64,000 nucleotides of DNA from a virus, in IMG/VR virus record IMGVR_UViG_3300033553_000116, positions 50,247 to 114,246 of that record; one strand, given 5' to 3'. Of the stretch, positions 18,720 to 28,399 are shown one piece after another. Below the pieces are notes generated by a model, which saw nothing but the letters and a program-made list of their open reading frames with translations, was not told the DNA's origin and did no database searches. Position numbers and translations under genes: made by a program. Position 1 is the stretch's first letter. Each line of letters opens with the position of its first letter.

Positions 18720-20981
18720 ATGGTACAAAAAGTAACAAAGCGTGATGGCTCGCTAGAAGCCATCGACCTAGATAAGATACACAGAGTTATTACTTGGGCA
18801 GCCGAAGGTTTAGAAAACGTTTCAGTTTCAGCAGTAGAATTAAGTTCACATATTCAGTTTTACCCAGAGATGACAACATCAGATATCCATGAGACACTCA
18901 CTAAGTCTGCAGCGGATCTAATCTCTGAAAAAGTACCTGATTACCAACACCTAGCAGCACGCCTAGCTATATTCCATTTACGTAAAAGAGCCTACGGGTT
19001 GTTTACACCTCCATCATTGTTTGAACATGTTAACAAGATGACTAATGCCGGGTTATATGACTCACAGATTATGGAAGACTTCACAAAGTCTGACATGGCT
19101 GAACTAGATGCATACATTGATCATGATCGTGATATGAACTTTAGTTACGCTGCGGTTAAGCAACTGGAAGGTAAGTACTTAGTACAAAACCGAGTTAGTG
19201 GTAAGATATATGAGTCTCCTCAATTTATCTATATGCTGATCCCTATGTGCCTCTTTGCACATTACCCGGCCAATACACGTTTAGGATATATTAAGCGCTT
19301 CTATGATGCTTCCTCGTTGTTTAAACTATCTTTACCGACGCCTATCATGTCTGGTGTACGTACTCCAACTAGACAGTTCAGTTCTTGTGTATTAATTGAA
19401 GGCGATGATTCATTAGATTCAATCAACGCTACATCCTCCGCTATCATTAAGTATGTTTCTCAACGAGCAGGCATTGGTGTTAACGTAGGTCGCATTCGTG
19501 CATTGGGTAGTCACATTCGTGGAGGTGAAGCTTATCACACAGGAATGATTCCATTCATTAAACATTTCCAGACAGCGGTTAAGTCATGTAGTCAGGGTGG
19601 AGTTCGTGGGGGTGCTGCAACACTATTCTTCCCTATGTGGCATTTAGAAATTGAATCTCTAATCGTTCTTAAGAACAACCGTGGTGTTGAAGAGAATCGT
19701 GCACGTCACTTAGACTATGCTGTACAGTTTAATAAGCTGATGTATACTAGAATGATTAAGGGTGAGAACATTACCTTATTCAGTCCTTCTGATGTACCTG
19801 GTCTATACGAGGCATTCTTTGCTGATCAAGATGAGTTTGAAAGACTATACAGAATCTATGAAGCAGATCCAAAGATTCGTAAGAAGTCTGTTAAGTCAAT
19901 CGATCTATTTACTAACATTGCACAAGAGCGAGCACAGACTGGACGTATCTACGTACAGAACGTTGACCATTGTAATACACATAGCCCGTTTAACCCATCT
20001 AAGGCTCCAGTACGTCAATCTAACTTGTGTCTTGAGATTGCATTACCAACTGCACCAATGAAGGAGCATGATGATCCAGAAGGCGAAATCGCATTATGTA
20101 CATTGTCTGCATTTAACTTAGGTGCTATGGAAAGCTTAGACGATCTAGCTGACTTATCAGACTTAGTTGTTCGTGCTCTAGATAGTCTATTAGATTACCA
20201 AGACTACCCAATGGAAGCAGCTCGACGCTCTAGTCAGGGTCGTAGAACATTAGGTGTAGGTATAACTAACTTAGCGTACTACTTAGCTAAGAATGGTGTT
20301 AGGTATTCTGATGGTTCTGCTAATGGTTTAGTACATCGTACTATGGAAGCTATCCAATATAACTTATTGGTTGCATCTAAGAACCTAGCAATTGAGTTAG
20401 GTCGTTGTGATTACTATGACGATACTACTTATGCAGATGGGTTATTACCTATCGATACTTATAAGCGTGATTTAGATGCTGTTTGTAATGAGCCATTGCA
20501 CTTTGATTGGGAGGCGTTACGTGGTGAGATAGCTACACACGGTTTACGTAACTCTACATTAACTGCATTGATGCCTTGTGAGACTTCTTCACAGATTACT
20601 AACTCTACTAATGGTATTGAACCACCACGTGGGTTTGTTACTATTAAGGCTTCTAAGGATGGACTATTGAAACAGGTTGTACCTGAGTTCAAACGTCTTC
20701 GTGGTCAATATGAACTACTATGGAACATTCCTGATAATAAAGGATATATACAGTTAGTAGGTATAATGCAGAAGTTTACCGATCAGGCAATTTCCGCTAA
20801 TACCAATTACGACCCTGTACGTTTCGCAGAAGAAAAGGTACCTATTAAACTCGTACTCCAGGACATGCTGTATGCGTATAAGCTTGGACTGAAGACATTG
20901 TATTACCATAACACCCGAGATGGCGCTGGTAGCGATGAAGAGGAAGATGACGGATGTGCCGGTGGTGCATGTAAGTTATAA
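18720..20981 (+). CDS. nrdA: Class Ia ribonucleotide reductase alpha subunit with ATP cone
   Basis: VTKRDG ATP cone, TPTRQFSSCVLIE, SNLCLEI, KTLYY, C-terminal CAGGAC; no intron or intein. Confidence 0.98.
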   Translation: MVQKVTKRDGSLEAIDLDKIHRVITWAAEGLENVSVSAVELSSHIQFYPEMTTSDIHETLTKSAADLISEKVPDYQHLAARLAIFHLRKRAYGLFTPPSLFEHVNKMTNAGLYDSQIMEDFTKSDMAELDAYIDHDRDMNFSYAAVKQLEGKYLVQNRVSGKIYESPQFIYMLIPMCLFAHYPANTRLGYIKRFYDASSLFKLSLPTPIMSGVRTPTRQFSSCVLIEGDDSLDSINATSSAIIKYVSQRAGIGVNVGRIRALGSHIRGGEAYHTGMIPFIKHFQTAVKSCSQGGVRGGAATLFFPMWHLEIESLIVLKNNRGVEENRARHLDYAVQFNKLMYTRMIKGENITLFSPSDVPGLYEAFFADQDEFERLYRIYEADPKIRKKSVKSIDLFTNIAQERAQTGRIYVQNVDHCNTHSPFNPSKAPVRQSNLCLEIALPTAPMKEHDDPEGEIALCTLSAFNLGAMESLDDLADLSDLVVRALDSLLDYQDYPMEAARRSSQGRRTLGVGITNLAYYLAKNGVRYSDGSANGLVHRTMEAIQYNLLVASKNLAIELGRCDYYDDTTYADGLLPIDTYKRDLDAVCNEPLHFDWEALRGEIATHGLRNSTLTALMPCETSSQITNSTNGIEPPRGFVTIKASKDGLLKQVVPEFKRLRGQYELLWNIPDNKGYIQLVGIMQKFTDQAISANTNYDPVRFAEEKVPIKLVLQDMLYAYKLGLKTLYYHNTRDGAGSDEEEDDGCAGGACKL

Positions 20982-21065
20982 TTAAGTAATGGGTGGAGTG
21001 ATTCGTCACTCCTCCTTTATGCCCCTAACAGTAAAAGAAAACATGAGTAAACTATTTATTAGAGA

Positions 21066-21374
21066 GTGGTTTTAATTTCAAATGAAGAGAGAGTAGCAAT
21101 GAATGAAGAAAAAGTAGTAATGGCGGAAGAAGGTAAAAATAGTGAATTAAGTGATGCGGTGTCACCACTTTTCCGTAAGATCCAAAATATGACTGATGGA
21201 CAAACAGCTGAATATCACTTAGGGTTTGTTGACGGCATTCGAGGAGTTAAGCGGACGGATGCATTGAGAGGATATCGAGGAAAGACCTATTCGGCACTCT
21301 ATCAATTTAAAAAGGGTTATAAAGCCGGTACCACCCAACATAGTACATTGAGTGCTTTGGTAGGAAACCAGTAA
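21066..21374 (+). CDS. Hypothetical protein
   Basis: Likely start 21099; YxxGFxDG..FxxGYxAG pattern. Confidence 0.55.
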   Translation: MVLISNEERVAMNEEKVVMAEEGKNSELSDAVSPLFRKIQNMTDGQTAEYHLGFVDGIRGVKRTDALRGYRGKTYSALYQFKKGYKAGTTQHSTLSALVGNQ

Positions 21375-21391
21375 ATAAAAAAAGCATAAAA

Positions 21392-21420
21392 AGACTCACC
21401 CATTGCGGGTGAGTCTATGC
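21392..21420 (+). terminator. Terminator-like hairpin with GCATA/TATGC flanks
   Basis: AGACTCACCC-ATTGC-GGGTGAGTCT-ATGC. Confidence 0.7.
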
Positions 21421-21490
21421 CATTAAAAACATTGTAAAATAAAGGAGTAATAAAATGTTCTATAACATGTTATTATTTATTGGAGTTTAT

Positions 21491-21516
21491 TTCACACCTA
21501 TATTACTAATATGAAT
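21491..21516 (+). promoter_or_regulatory. phiKZ-type early promoter
   Basis: TTCACACCTATATTACTAATATGAAT. Confidence 0.7.
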
Positions 21517-21539
21517 AATAATCCTACTGGAATTTACCT

Positions 21540-21746
21540 ATGTGGCATTCAGAAACACGAGAGCGCGGTATTACTATAGAAGGACTATCGCCGTATAACC
21601 CTAATAAACTTATGAGGTTTAGACTCACTAAACTACAAGCATATATGGTATCTGTTAAAACCAATGTAACCAATCCACAAACTGGCGGCCACTATGGTAG
21701 ACATGCACCATTGCCCCCACTACCATTAAAAGTATATGGTATTTAG
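21540..21746 (+). CDS. Small hypothetical early protein
   Basis: 68 aa directly downstream of promoter. Confidence 0.5.
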   Translation: MWHSETRERGITIEGLSPYNPNKLMRFRLTKLQAYMVSVKTNVTNPQTGGHYGRHAPLPPLPLKVYGI

Positions 21747-21776
21747 AATGAATCAGTAATTAAGGATAAAAATTAA

Positions 21777-22718
21777 ATGACAGTCCCACACATAAAAACC
21801 GTACCTAAAGCAGATACATCAGCGCTTGATAAAATAGATAAGATTTTATATAGTAGACTAATAGAGCAAGCACAGAGTCCTAGAGATACTGATGAACTCA
21901 CATTAATAAAGCCTACGGTTAGACAGCCGATAGTACATTTGGACGGTGCAGTAAAGGAAATAGACACCCTAGTTATACATGCAGGTAAGAAAATTACCAG
22001 TATTAAACTATGGCCACAGCTATTCATTCAGCACAGTAGTGGCGATACAATAGAAAGCTATGTAGTTCCAGCTGATGGGTCATTATTATTCGGCACTGTA
22101 TTAAGTTTCGATGCAGCAATGGAAACCATTGTTACACTTTGCTTTATTGATGCTGATTACCCTCAGAAGAGAGTACTTAGAGTCTGGGAAGTAATAGATG
22201 GTGTAATTACCCTTATGACTGAATTGAAGCCACCAACAGTTAATGACTTTTCATTAAGAACAGATCTACATCAAGGACCTGGTAAGATAGCTACCTTATT
22301 CAATAAGTTATTTAAACGATCACTTAATGTATCTGTTAAAAAGGCTACCATGAGTAAAAATGGTACAGGACTTGTAGTGGCTGCTTTTCTATCAGGTGGC
22401 AAGAATGGCGTAGGTGAGTATATAGTTTACTCCTATGACTTAACGGCGTATAAGCGATCTAGAGCAATGCCGCTAAATAACCAGGCATCTATTATCGGGT
22501 ACTATGACATACCAGATATGGCAATATCAGATAATGGCGATACGACAATAGTTTTAAATGATACAGATGTCATAGTAGGTATCACTGGTTCCGGTGACAG
22601 ATTCTGGGATTGGCATGCTTATTGTAACAGGGATGGTGTTGAAATTACATCGTTTTATTTAGACTACCCTAACTCTACCTGGGAGACAATTATACAAAAG
22701 ACTATTCCAGCACTATAA
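21777..22718 (+). CDS. Hypothetical protein (beta-rich)
   Basis: 313 aa, AAGGA SD. Confidence 0.7.
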   Translation: MTVPHIKTVPKADTSALDKIDKILYSRLIEQAQSPRDTDELTLIKPTVRQPIVHLDGAVKEIDTLVIHAGKKITSIKLWPQLFIQHSSGDTIESYVVPADGSLLFGTVLSFDAAMETIVTLCFIDADYPQKRVLRVWEVIDGVITLMTELKPPTVNDFSLRTDLHQGPGKIATLFNKLFKRSLNVSVKKATMSKNGTGLVVAAFLSGGKNGVGEYIVYSYDLTAYKRSRAMPLNNQASIIGYYDIPDMAISDNGDTTIVLNDTDVIVGITGSGDRFWDWHAYCNRDGVEITSFYLDYPNSTWETIIQKTIPAL

Positions 22719-22739
22719 TTAAATATCAAAGGATCTAAA

Positions 22740-22814
22740 ATGACAGTTTTAAACGATACAATGATTAAAGAACCATCAGTACATACGACTAACTATATCG
22801 GGAGTTTTATCTAA
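22740..22814 (+). pseudogene. 24-codon mini-ORF resembling a dCTP deaminase N-terminus
   Basis: MTVLNDTMIKE vs MTILHDKAIEA of dcd at 24057; AAAGGA SD; TAATG-coupled to 22814. Confidence 0.4.
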
Positions 22815-23752
22815 TGAAAAAGTTAATAGAATTAAACGTTACTGCTAAGGTAAAGTTACTTAATGGTAAGTTAGGTATTACTACTGTAAATTTAAAAGCA
22901 GCTCGTAAGTATTTGGTAGGTGAGAGAACTACAGCAAAGGGGTATAAGAAATTAGCTGAAGAGACACTAGCCATTAAAATGGCTGAGTCTTATCCTAAGG
23001 TTATGTCCTATACCTTGACAGGCATACGGTACAAGATTTTAAATGGGGTCCCTAAAGTTCGTAGGAGAAGTGTACCACTATGGATTAAAGATTGTCGAAC
23101 AGGAGCGGTAGTTAAATATGATCGCATTGGAGATGCGGCACTGGCCATTGGTATGAAGAAGGACACATTATCAGGCGGTGTTTCAGTTGCTACCAAAACA
23201 ATAAGACAATCAAAATTTAGTAAATATTACGAAGTTTCCCTAAATGGTGTAGATTTTACATGCTCTGAAAATCCTGTTTTATTAAATGATTCTTTAGGTA
23301 TATTGCGTACAAATCCAAATGGCGGCAAAAAGAAACCAATAACTGTAGTTACTTTAATAACTAAGGAAGTTACAGAGTACTCATCAATCTTATCTGCCAG
23401 CAAAGCATTAAAGATAGATATGTCCGTCATTACTAGACTGGCTTCAAATGTAGCTATTAATAGACATAATTCTAATGGTAAGTCTGCCTTTTGGTACACT
23501 GAAGAATATATCCCAGGTGAGTCAGTTGCTAAAATTAAACGAAAGCGTGACTTCATGAGTATTCGTATAGAGGCAATATCGGTTACAGATGGTAAGAAAA
23601 CTATTCACAACACCATAAACACTGTATTAGAAAAGGAACATATAACCTATGATACATTTATTAGAAATCATTTAAATAGAGCCACACCTCTCAACGGTTT
23701 CTTATTTAGAACGTTGGGGTCAAGTTGTGAAATACCTAGCTTAGCAGCTTAA
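22814..23752 (+). CDS. NUMOD1/IENR1-repeat DNA-binding protein (homing endonuclease-derived)
   Basis: Three beta-beta-HTH repeats (e.g. PITVVTLITKEVTEYSSILSASKALKI); very basic; no clear HNH or GIY-YIG motif. Confidence 0.6.
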   Translation: MKKLIELNVTAKVKLLNGKLGITTVNLKAARKYLVGERTTAKGYKKLAEETLAIKMAESYPKVMSYTLTGIRYKILNGVPKVRRRSVPLWIKDCRTGAVVKYDRIGDAALAIGMKKDTLSGGVSVATKTIRQSKFSKYYEVSLNGVDFTCSENPVLLNDSLGILRTNPNGGKKKPITVVTLITKEVTEYSSILSASKALKIDMSVITRLASNVAINRHNSNGKSAFWYTEEYIPGESVAKIKRKRDFMSIRIEAISVTDGKKTIHNTINTVLEKEHITYDTFIRNHLNRATPLNGFLFRTLGSSCEIPSLAA

Positions 23753-23775
23753 ATAAACAAATAAAGGATATTCGG

Positions 23776-24051
23776 ATGGAAACTAAAAATAGTAAACCCT
23801 CGAACATTATTAATTGGGTTATTGTTAAATCGGAAAATGATTTAAATCTACCACCAGAAACACCTTTGATATTGAAACTACATGAGAGAGAGCTGCCTGT
23901 AATAGTGACAACTGTATGGGAGCATTGCAACCCTATGATTGAACCATACTACCCGGATTATTTAGTGTTTGTAGATGGTGACGGGGAATATTTAGAAATA
24001 GAATACCACGATATTGAACAATGGGCTAAGCTACCACAACTAAAGGAATAA
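23776..24051 (+). CDS. Hypothetical protein
   Basis: 91 aa, AAGGA SD. Confidence 0.65.
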   Translation: METKNSKPSNIINWVIVKSENDLNLPPETPLILKLHERELPVIVTTVWEHCNPMIEPYYPDYLVFVDGDGEYLEIEYHDIEQWAKLPQLKE

Positions 24052-24056
24052 TTAAA

Positions 24057-24749
24057 ATGACAATATTACACGATAAGGCAATTGAGGCCTTATGTACACC
24101 AGTAGATGACCTAACTCGCTTTAAGTACCAGAAAATAACACTCTTGGAAAAGCAAGGACTAGTATCCACATATAAGGTTGATGATGAGATCATGGGTAAT
24201 GATAAACCAATGATTAGTCCTTTCGTTGCTGAGTTGGTACGTAAAGACTCTACAGGAGCTAAGTTAATTTCATACGGACTTTCTTCAATGGGTTACGATG
24301 TACGTCTATCCAATGATGTCAAGATTTTCACTAACGCAAACTCTACAGTTATCGACCCTATGGTCCATGATGACAATAACTTTGTACAGGCAGAAATTAA
24401 GAAGACTGATATTGGTTTGGACTACTTTATAATTCCACCTAACTCATATGCACTAGGTCATACACTAGAAACATTCTCTGTACCACGAGATGTGATCATT
24501 CTTTGTTTGGGTAAATCTACATATGCGCGTGCAGGGGCCATTATTAATACTACTCCTATTGAACCTGGGTTTGAAGGTCAAGTCGTTATTGAGATTGCAA
24601 ATGGCACACCATCACCAATGCGTGTCTATACAGAAGGTGGGATTGCACAGTTTGTATTCATGCGTGGCATGGAGCCATGTGAAGTAAGTTATGCTGACCG
24701 TGGTGGTAAGTACCAAGGGCAAACTGGTCTAACTCATTCTAAGGTTTAA
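24057..24749 (+). CDS. dcd: dCTP deaminase
   Basis: ISYGLSSMGYDVRL, GKSTYARAG, TPIEPGFEG, GGKYQGQTG. Confidence 0.93.
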   Translation: MTILHDKAIEALCTPVDDLTRFKYQKITLLEKQGLVSTYKVDDEIMGNDKPMISPFVAELVRKDSTGAKLISYGLSSMGYDVRLSNDVKIFTNANSTVIDPMVHDDNNFVQAEIKKTDIGLDYFIIPPNSYALGHTLETFSVPRDVIILCLGKSTYARAGAIINTTPIEPGFEGQVVIEIANGTPSPMRVYTEGGIAQFVFMRGMEPCEVSYADRGGKYQGQTGLTHSKV

Positions 24750-24763
24750 TTAAAGGGCGCAAT

Positions 24764-25132
24764 ATGAATGATAAATTTATTAACAGTCACTATGAGAGTG
24801 AGGATGATGTCTTTTTACACTTTGACATAGAAGCACTCAAGGTCAAGATAAGTGATGCTGAAAAGCAGATAAAGGATTTAGAATCTGGAGTTGAATCACT
24901 ATTAACTCCATTAATTATTTTATTAATGTTAACAATTTATTTATCTATTGTGGCGTTCTATAAAGGTGATCCTATTACAGGCATAGGTGTAGTAATTACC
25001 GCATTGATGTCTTCGGAGGTACACTCTACTAGAAAAGAGAATGTTGAAAAAATATCCAAAAATAAGGATAGGGTGAATGCCTATAAAAGAGAGTTAAATA
25101 TTCTAATAGGTCTCGCATTCAATATATATTAG
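24764..25132 (+). CDS. Two-TM membrane protein
   Basis: Coiled coil, hydrophobic hairpin, coiled coil. Confidence 0.65.
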   Translation: MNDKFINSHYESEDDVFLHFDIEALKVKISDAEKQIKDLESGVESLLTPLIILLMLTIYLSIVAFYKGDPITGIGVVITALMSSEVHSTRKENVEKISKNKDRVNAYKRELNILIGLAFNIY

Positions 25133-25162
25133 TAAGTTTAATTTAATATAGGAGGCACCACC

Positions 25163-25513
25163 ATGGGTAAAATGAATGATATTGTAGATACTACTTACGC
25201 ATTTAAAAAGAGTACTTATTGGACTAGACTTGTTCAATATGCATCACAGATTACCGTAGCCAAACGGAAAAGAAATATATGGGGTGTAATATTCCTATTA
25301 TCGGTGGCTACTTATATTGGGTTAGGGTATGTAACTATAATCGCCCCCACTAGTACTGAAGATTTATCTTGGTACATAATGGTGATACCTATTACGTTTG
25401 CCAGCTTAATACCAATACCTACACACCTCTATATGCAGAATGTAATGAGGATTAGGAGATTGCAGGCCAATGTTAGATGGACGGAAAATGCCATTAGGGA
25501 TTTTGATCTATAA
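25163..25513 (+). CDS. Two-TM membrane protein
   Basis: GGAGG SD; two hydrophobic segments. Confidence 0.65.
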   Translation: MGKMNDIVDTTYAFKKSTYWTRLVQYASQITVAKRKRNIWGVIFLLSVATYIGLGYVTIIAPTSTEDLSWYIMVIPITFASLIPIPTHLYMQNVMRIRRLQANVRWTENAIRDFDL

Positions 25514-25537
25514 ACCTACAGTAAGGAAATTAAAAAA

Positions 25538-25900
25538 ATGACCAAAGAAAAAGATAGAATATTTTTAGAATTCGGTAGAGATGTTTTTGAAGAAGATTTG
25601 CAGAAAGTGCTAGAAAGACGTGAGGCATACATGCATACTCTAAAGCCATGGACTAAGGCTATGTATGGATATGTTATCCTTGCATTGTTTGTAGCTTATC
25701 TAATTTCACTGTATAGTGGTAGCGTAGCTGCAATCGTGGGGATACTATCAGTAGTACCATTGATGGTCATTATGAAAATATGGTTAGGTATCAGTGCTGA
25801 CATCCATGGCACCTTCAGACAAACTGAAATTTTAATTAAGAGAGTAAAGTCTTATCAGGACCAACTTGACATTCTAGATGAATTGGTTGTCAACGGATAA
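25538..25900 (+). CDS. Two-TM membrane protein
   Basis: Same architecture as the two upstream genes. Confidence 0.65.
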   Translation: MTKEKDRIFLEFGRDVFEEDLQKVLERREAYMHTLKPWTKAMYGYVILALFVAYLISLYSGSVAAIVGILSVVPLMVIMKIWLGISADIHGTFRQTEILIKRVKSYQDQLDILDELVVNG

Positions 25901-25914
25901 TAAGGGGTATCGTT

Positions 25915-26202
25915 ATGACGTATAATAAAATAACTATAAATGGATCATTGAGTAATTTTAAAAAGGATGATGTTATCTCTATGGAGTTATCTGAAACTTT
26001 TATGAGAGTGGACATGCATAAAGTTTTATTATCATTACTTTCACCTGATCAAGTTATCAAAGCGGGTACGTTTAGAGACCCTACCCAATTCCAATTAATC
26101 AAAACTGAAATACCGGTATTAAAATCGTTAGTAGAAGAAGCAATTAAAGAAAAGAATTATCCGATCATTAATTGGCCGGATTTATATTTTAAAGTACTGT
26201 AA
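25915..26202 (+). CDS. Hypothetical protein
   Basis: 95 aa, AGGGG SD. Confidence 0.6.
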   Translation: MTYNKITINGSLSNFKKDDVISMELSETFMRVDMHKVLLSLLSPDQVIKAGTFRDPTQFQLIKTEIPVLKSLVEEAIKEKNYPIINWPDLYFKVL

Positions 26203-26221
26203 ATATTCTTAGGGGTAGATC

Positions 26222-26389
26222 ATGCAAAGGGACTATAATCAAAATAGACGTAGTGGATTAATAATGGGTTTACCTAAACCTAAACCACGTATTCCTGAGT
26301 CAGTCACTAGATGTGCTGGTGCTGTCGTTGTAATAGGGTTAGTTATTGGTATACTAGTAGCTATGCAAAATTTAGAATATTTCATGTAA
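26222..26389 (+). CDS. Small single-TM protein (not in ORF track)
   Basis: 55 aa MQRDYNQ...AVVVIGLVIGILVAM; GGGG SD; fills the gap in the operon. Confidence 0.5.
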   Translation: MQRDYNQNRRSGLIMGLPKPKPRIPESVTRCAGAVVVIGLVIGILVAMQNLEYFM

Positions 26390-26398
26390 AGGGGAACT

Positions 26399-26791
26399 AT
26401 GGGTTTCAATCTAGAAAATTTTATATATGCTGTACTAACTCTAGCGCTAGGGTTTTTAGTGTATAAGGGTATCCAGTGGATTAGATTCACGTCATACGCT
26501 GCAAAGAGAGGCGTACCGATAGGTATGTTTGATGAACTGTTTGAAGGATACACTGTGTTTATTATTAAACACGATGGTCGAAGAGCGGTACGGAATTTCA
26601 CACCCTGTACTAATTCGGAAACATTTCTTCATTACCTAACAACCGTTAAAGCAAAATACATTATAGTTCAAGCTACCATTAGGTCTGGTGATAAGGTCTA
26701 TAAGTTTGGAACTAATGCAGAAGACTTTGTTGTTAAATTGAAAATGAGCATAGCAGTCGACAACGTTGCAGAGGCAGTAGCTAATAAATAA
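26399..26791 (+). CDS. Membrane-anchored hypothetical protein
   Basis: N-terminal TM; 130 aa. Confidence 0.65.
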   Translation: MGFNLENFIYAVLTLALGFLVYKGIQWIRFTSYAAKRGVPIGMFDELFEGYTVFIIKHDGRRAVRNFTPCTNSETFLHYLTTVKAKYIIVQATIRSGDKVYKFGTNAEDFVVKLKMSIAVDNVAEAVANK

Positions 26792-26797
26792 AAGGAT

Positions 26798-27025
26798 ATG
26801 GTAATGAGTAAAACAGCACAGAGAAAGGTAACAGCATATAACCGTGGTCATAAGGAAGGACTTAAAGGACTTGATCGTAACATTTTTTATTCTAATCCTA
26901 AACAGAAATTCCGTGGACATGAATTCAGTCAGTGGAATGCTGGGTTCATGGAAGGTCAGCGCGAACACCGTGAACGAGTTAGAGCTGGTGAAATCCCTGC
27001 AGTAATTGCTTGGGAAGATTTGTAA
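26798..27025 (+). CDS. Ribosome modulation factor (Rmf/CrpP)-like protein
   Basis: AYNRGHKEGLKG...Y...SQWNAGFMEG matches the Rmf pattern AxxRGxxAGxxG...Y...SQWLGGWREA. Confidence 0.5.
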   Translation: MVMSKTAQRKVTAYNRGHKEGLKGLDRNIFYSNPKQKFRGHEFSQWNAGFMEGQREHRERVRAGEIPAVIAWEDL

Positions 27026-27049
27026 ATAAATATCAATGGAGCAGTAAAA

Positions 27050-27316
27050 ATGACAAATGGTTACCCCACTAGTAAATCAACAAAAGTAGTAAATGATGCT
27101 AGCAAGTACGTTAAGATAGTAAATGATTTAGGGGTACATGAATTAAGTGACAGCCTTGGCATTACTGTTGCCTGCTATGATAGTCCTGAGACCGCAGCTA
27201 AGTGGTTAGATGACTTGCAGAATAAATTAGCATTACTACCGGTAACACCAGAGACGATACAGGCTAGTAATAGACTTTACGAAATCTACCGGGTAATGAC
27301 CGATAATACTTTATAG
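27050..27316 (+). CDS. Hypothetical protein
   Basis: 88 aa, GGAG SD. Confidence 0.6.
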   Translation: MTNGYPTSKSTKVVNDASKYVKIVNDLGVHELSDSLGITVACYDSPETAAKWLDDLQNKLALLPVTPETIQASNRLYEIYRVMTDNTL

Positions 27317-27331
27317 GAAATATTAGAGACT

Positions 27332-27835
27332 ATGGCTGTAAAGAAAAATAAACCCAAAGTACTGAGGCCTGCAAGTAAAATATACTACTTAGCAATCCAA
27401 GAAGATCCCACATCTAATAAGATGGATATTAAATCATTTATCAAGGGTTCTAGAATGGGAGTTCTTAATAAACGATTCGAATTAGATCTTGATGAAATGA
27501 GAACTCTATGGCAATTCGCCATTGTCTCATATGGGGAAAATGATGAAGGTTTGTATAAGGACTTTACCTTCGCTAGAACCAGAACACCTGTTAGTAAATC
27601 AAATATTGATATCGGTAAACTAGTAGCCAATATTGTTAAAATGACCGCAGATCCCTTTGAAGATAACGAGATATTTGCTAGAGGCTATATCCTTTCTCCA
27701 GCAAATAAGGAAATGAAACTACCTGAACTTTTAGCACTCAGGCAGGATCAGTTAGCATTAACAGTACATGACTTAGAAAGCCTTAAAGATGTCAATGGTA
27801 TCGAGCCATCTGTATTTGAATTTGAATTAGAATAA
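27332..27835 (+). CDS. Hypothetical protein
   Basis: 167 aa; followed by hairpin and T-run. Confidence 0.65.
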   Translation: MAVKKNKPKVLRPASKIYYLAIQEDPTSNKMDIKSFIKGSRMGVLNKRFELDLDEMRTLWQFAIVSYGENDEGLYKDFTFARTRTPVSKSNIDIGKLVANIVKMTADPFEDNEIFARGYILSPANKEMKLPELLALRQDQLALTVHDLESLKDVNGIEPSVFEFELE

Positions 27836-27912
27836 TGTAGGTATATAGCAAGGGGCCTTAGGGTCCCTTATGCTTTTTTTTTTGTTTAATCGCGAAATAT
27901 CTTATAGACGTT

Positions 27913-28344
27913 TTGCACGAATCTTTTTTTTTAATCGGAGGATTTTTTAATCAAAAAATAAAAGATATGGAAACCATAGAAGAATATAAAGAAAAATTCG
28001 ATAGCATTATAGATTGTTTAAAAGTAACAAAGAATATAACTCTATATCTAGTCGAACCGCCTGTGCCAGGTACCCCGTTCAAGTTGATTGGATCCTTTGG
28101 ATACCACACCGAGAAAGTTAATGGGTATCTCGAACAACACTATATATTAACTAACCGATCAAAGTTGATATCAACCAGTACACTAAAAGAGGTACAGCTT
28201 TTAATTAAGGTAGGTCAAGCCTTAGAGAAGTATGAGGAGTATGATTATCTAGTACAGGATATCAGACTACCAAGAAGTCACGGATTCAAGGGAATCAAAA
28301 TGTGGTTCAGACAAGCGATGGACATGAATCCTAAGTTTGTATAA
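27913..28344 (+). CDS. Hypothetical protein
   Basis: Likely start ATG 27967. Confidence 0.6.
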   Translation: MHESFFLIGGFFNQKIKDMETIEEYKEKFDSIIDCLKVTKNITLYLVEPPVPGTPFKLIGSFGYHTEKVNGYLEQHYILTNRSKLISTSTLKEVQLLIKVGQALEKYEEYDYLVQDIRLPRSHGFKGIKMWFRQAMDMNPKFV

Positions 28345-28399
28345 AAAACAGAATAGAGAGAGTGGCTCGAGCCACTCTCTTCTATGTTTATTTTTTTAT

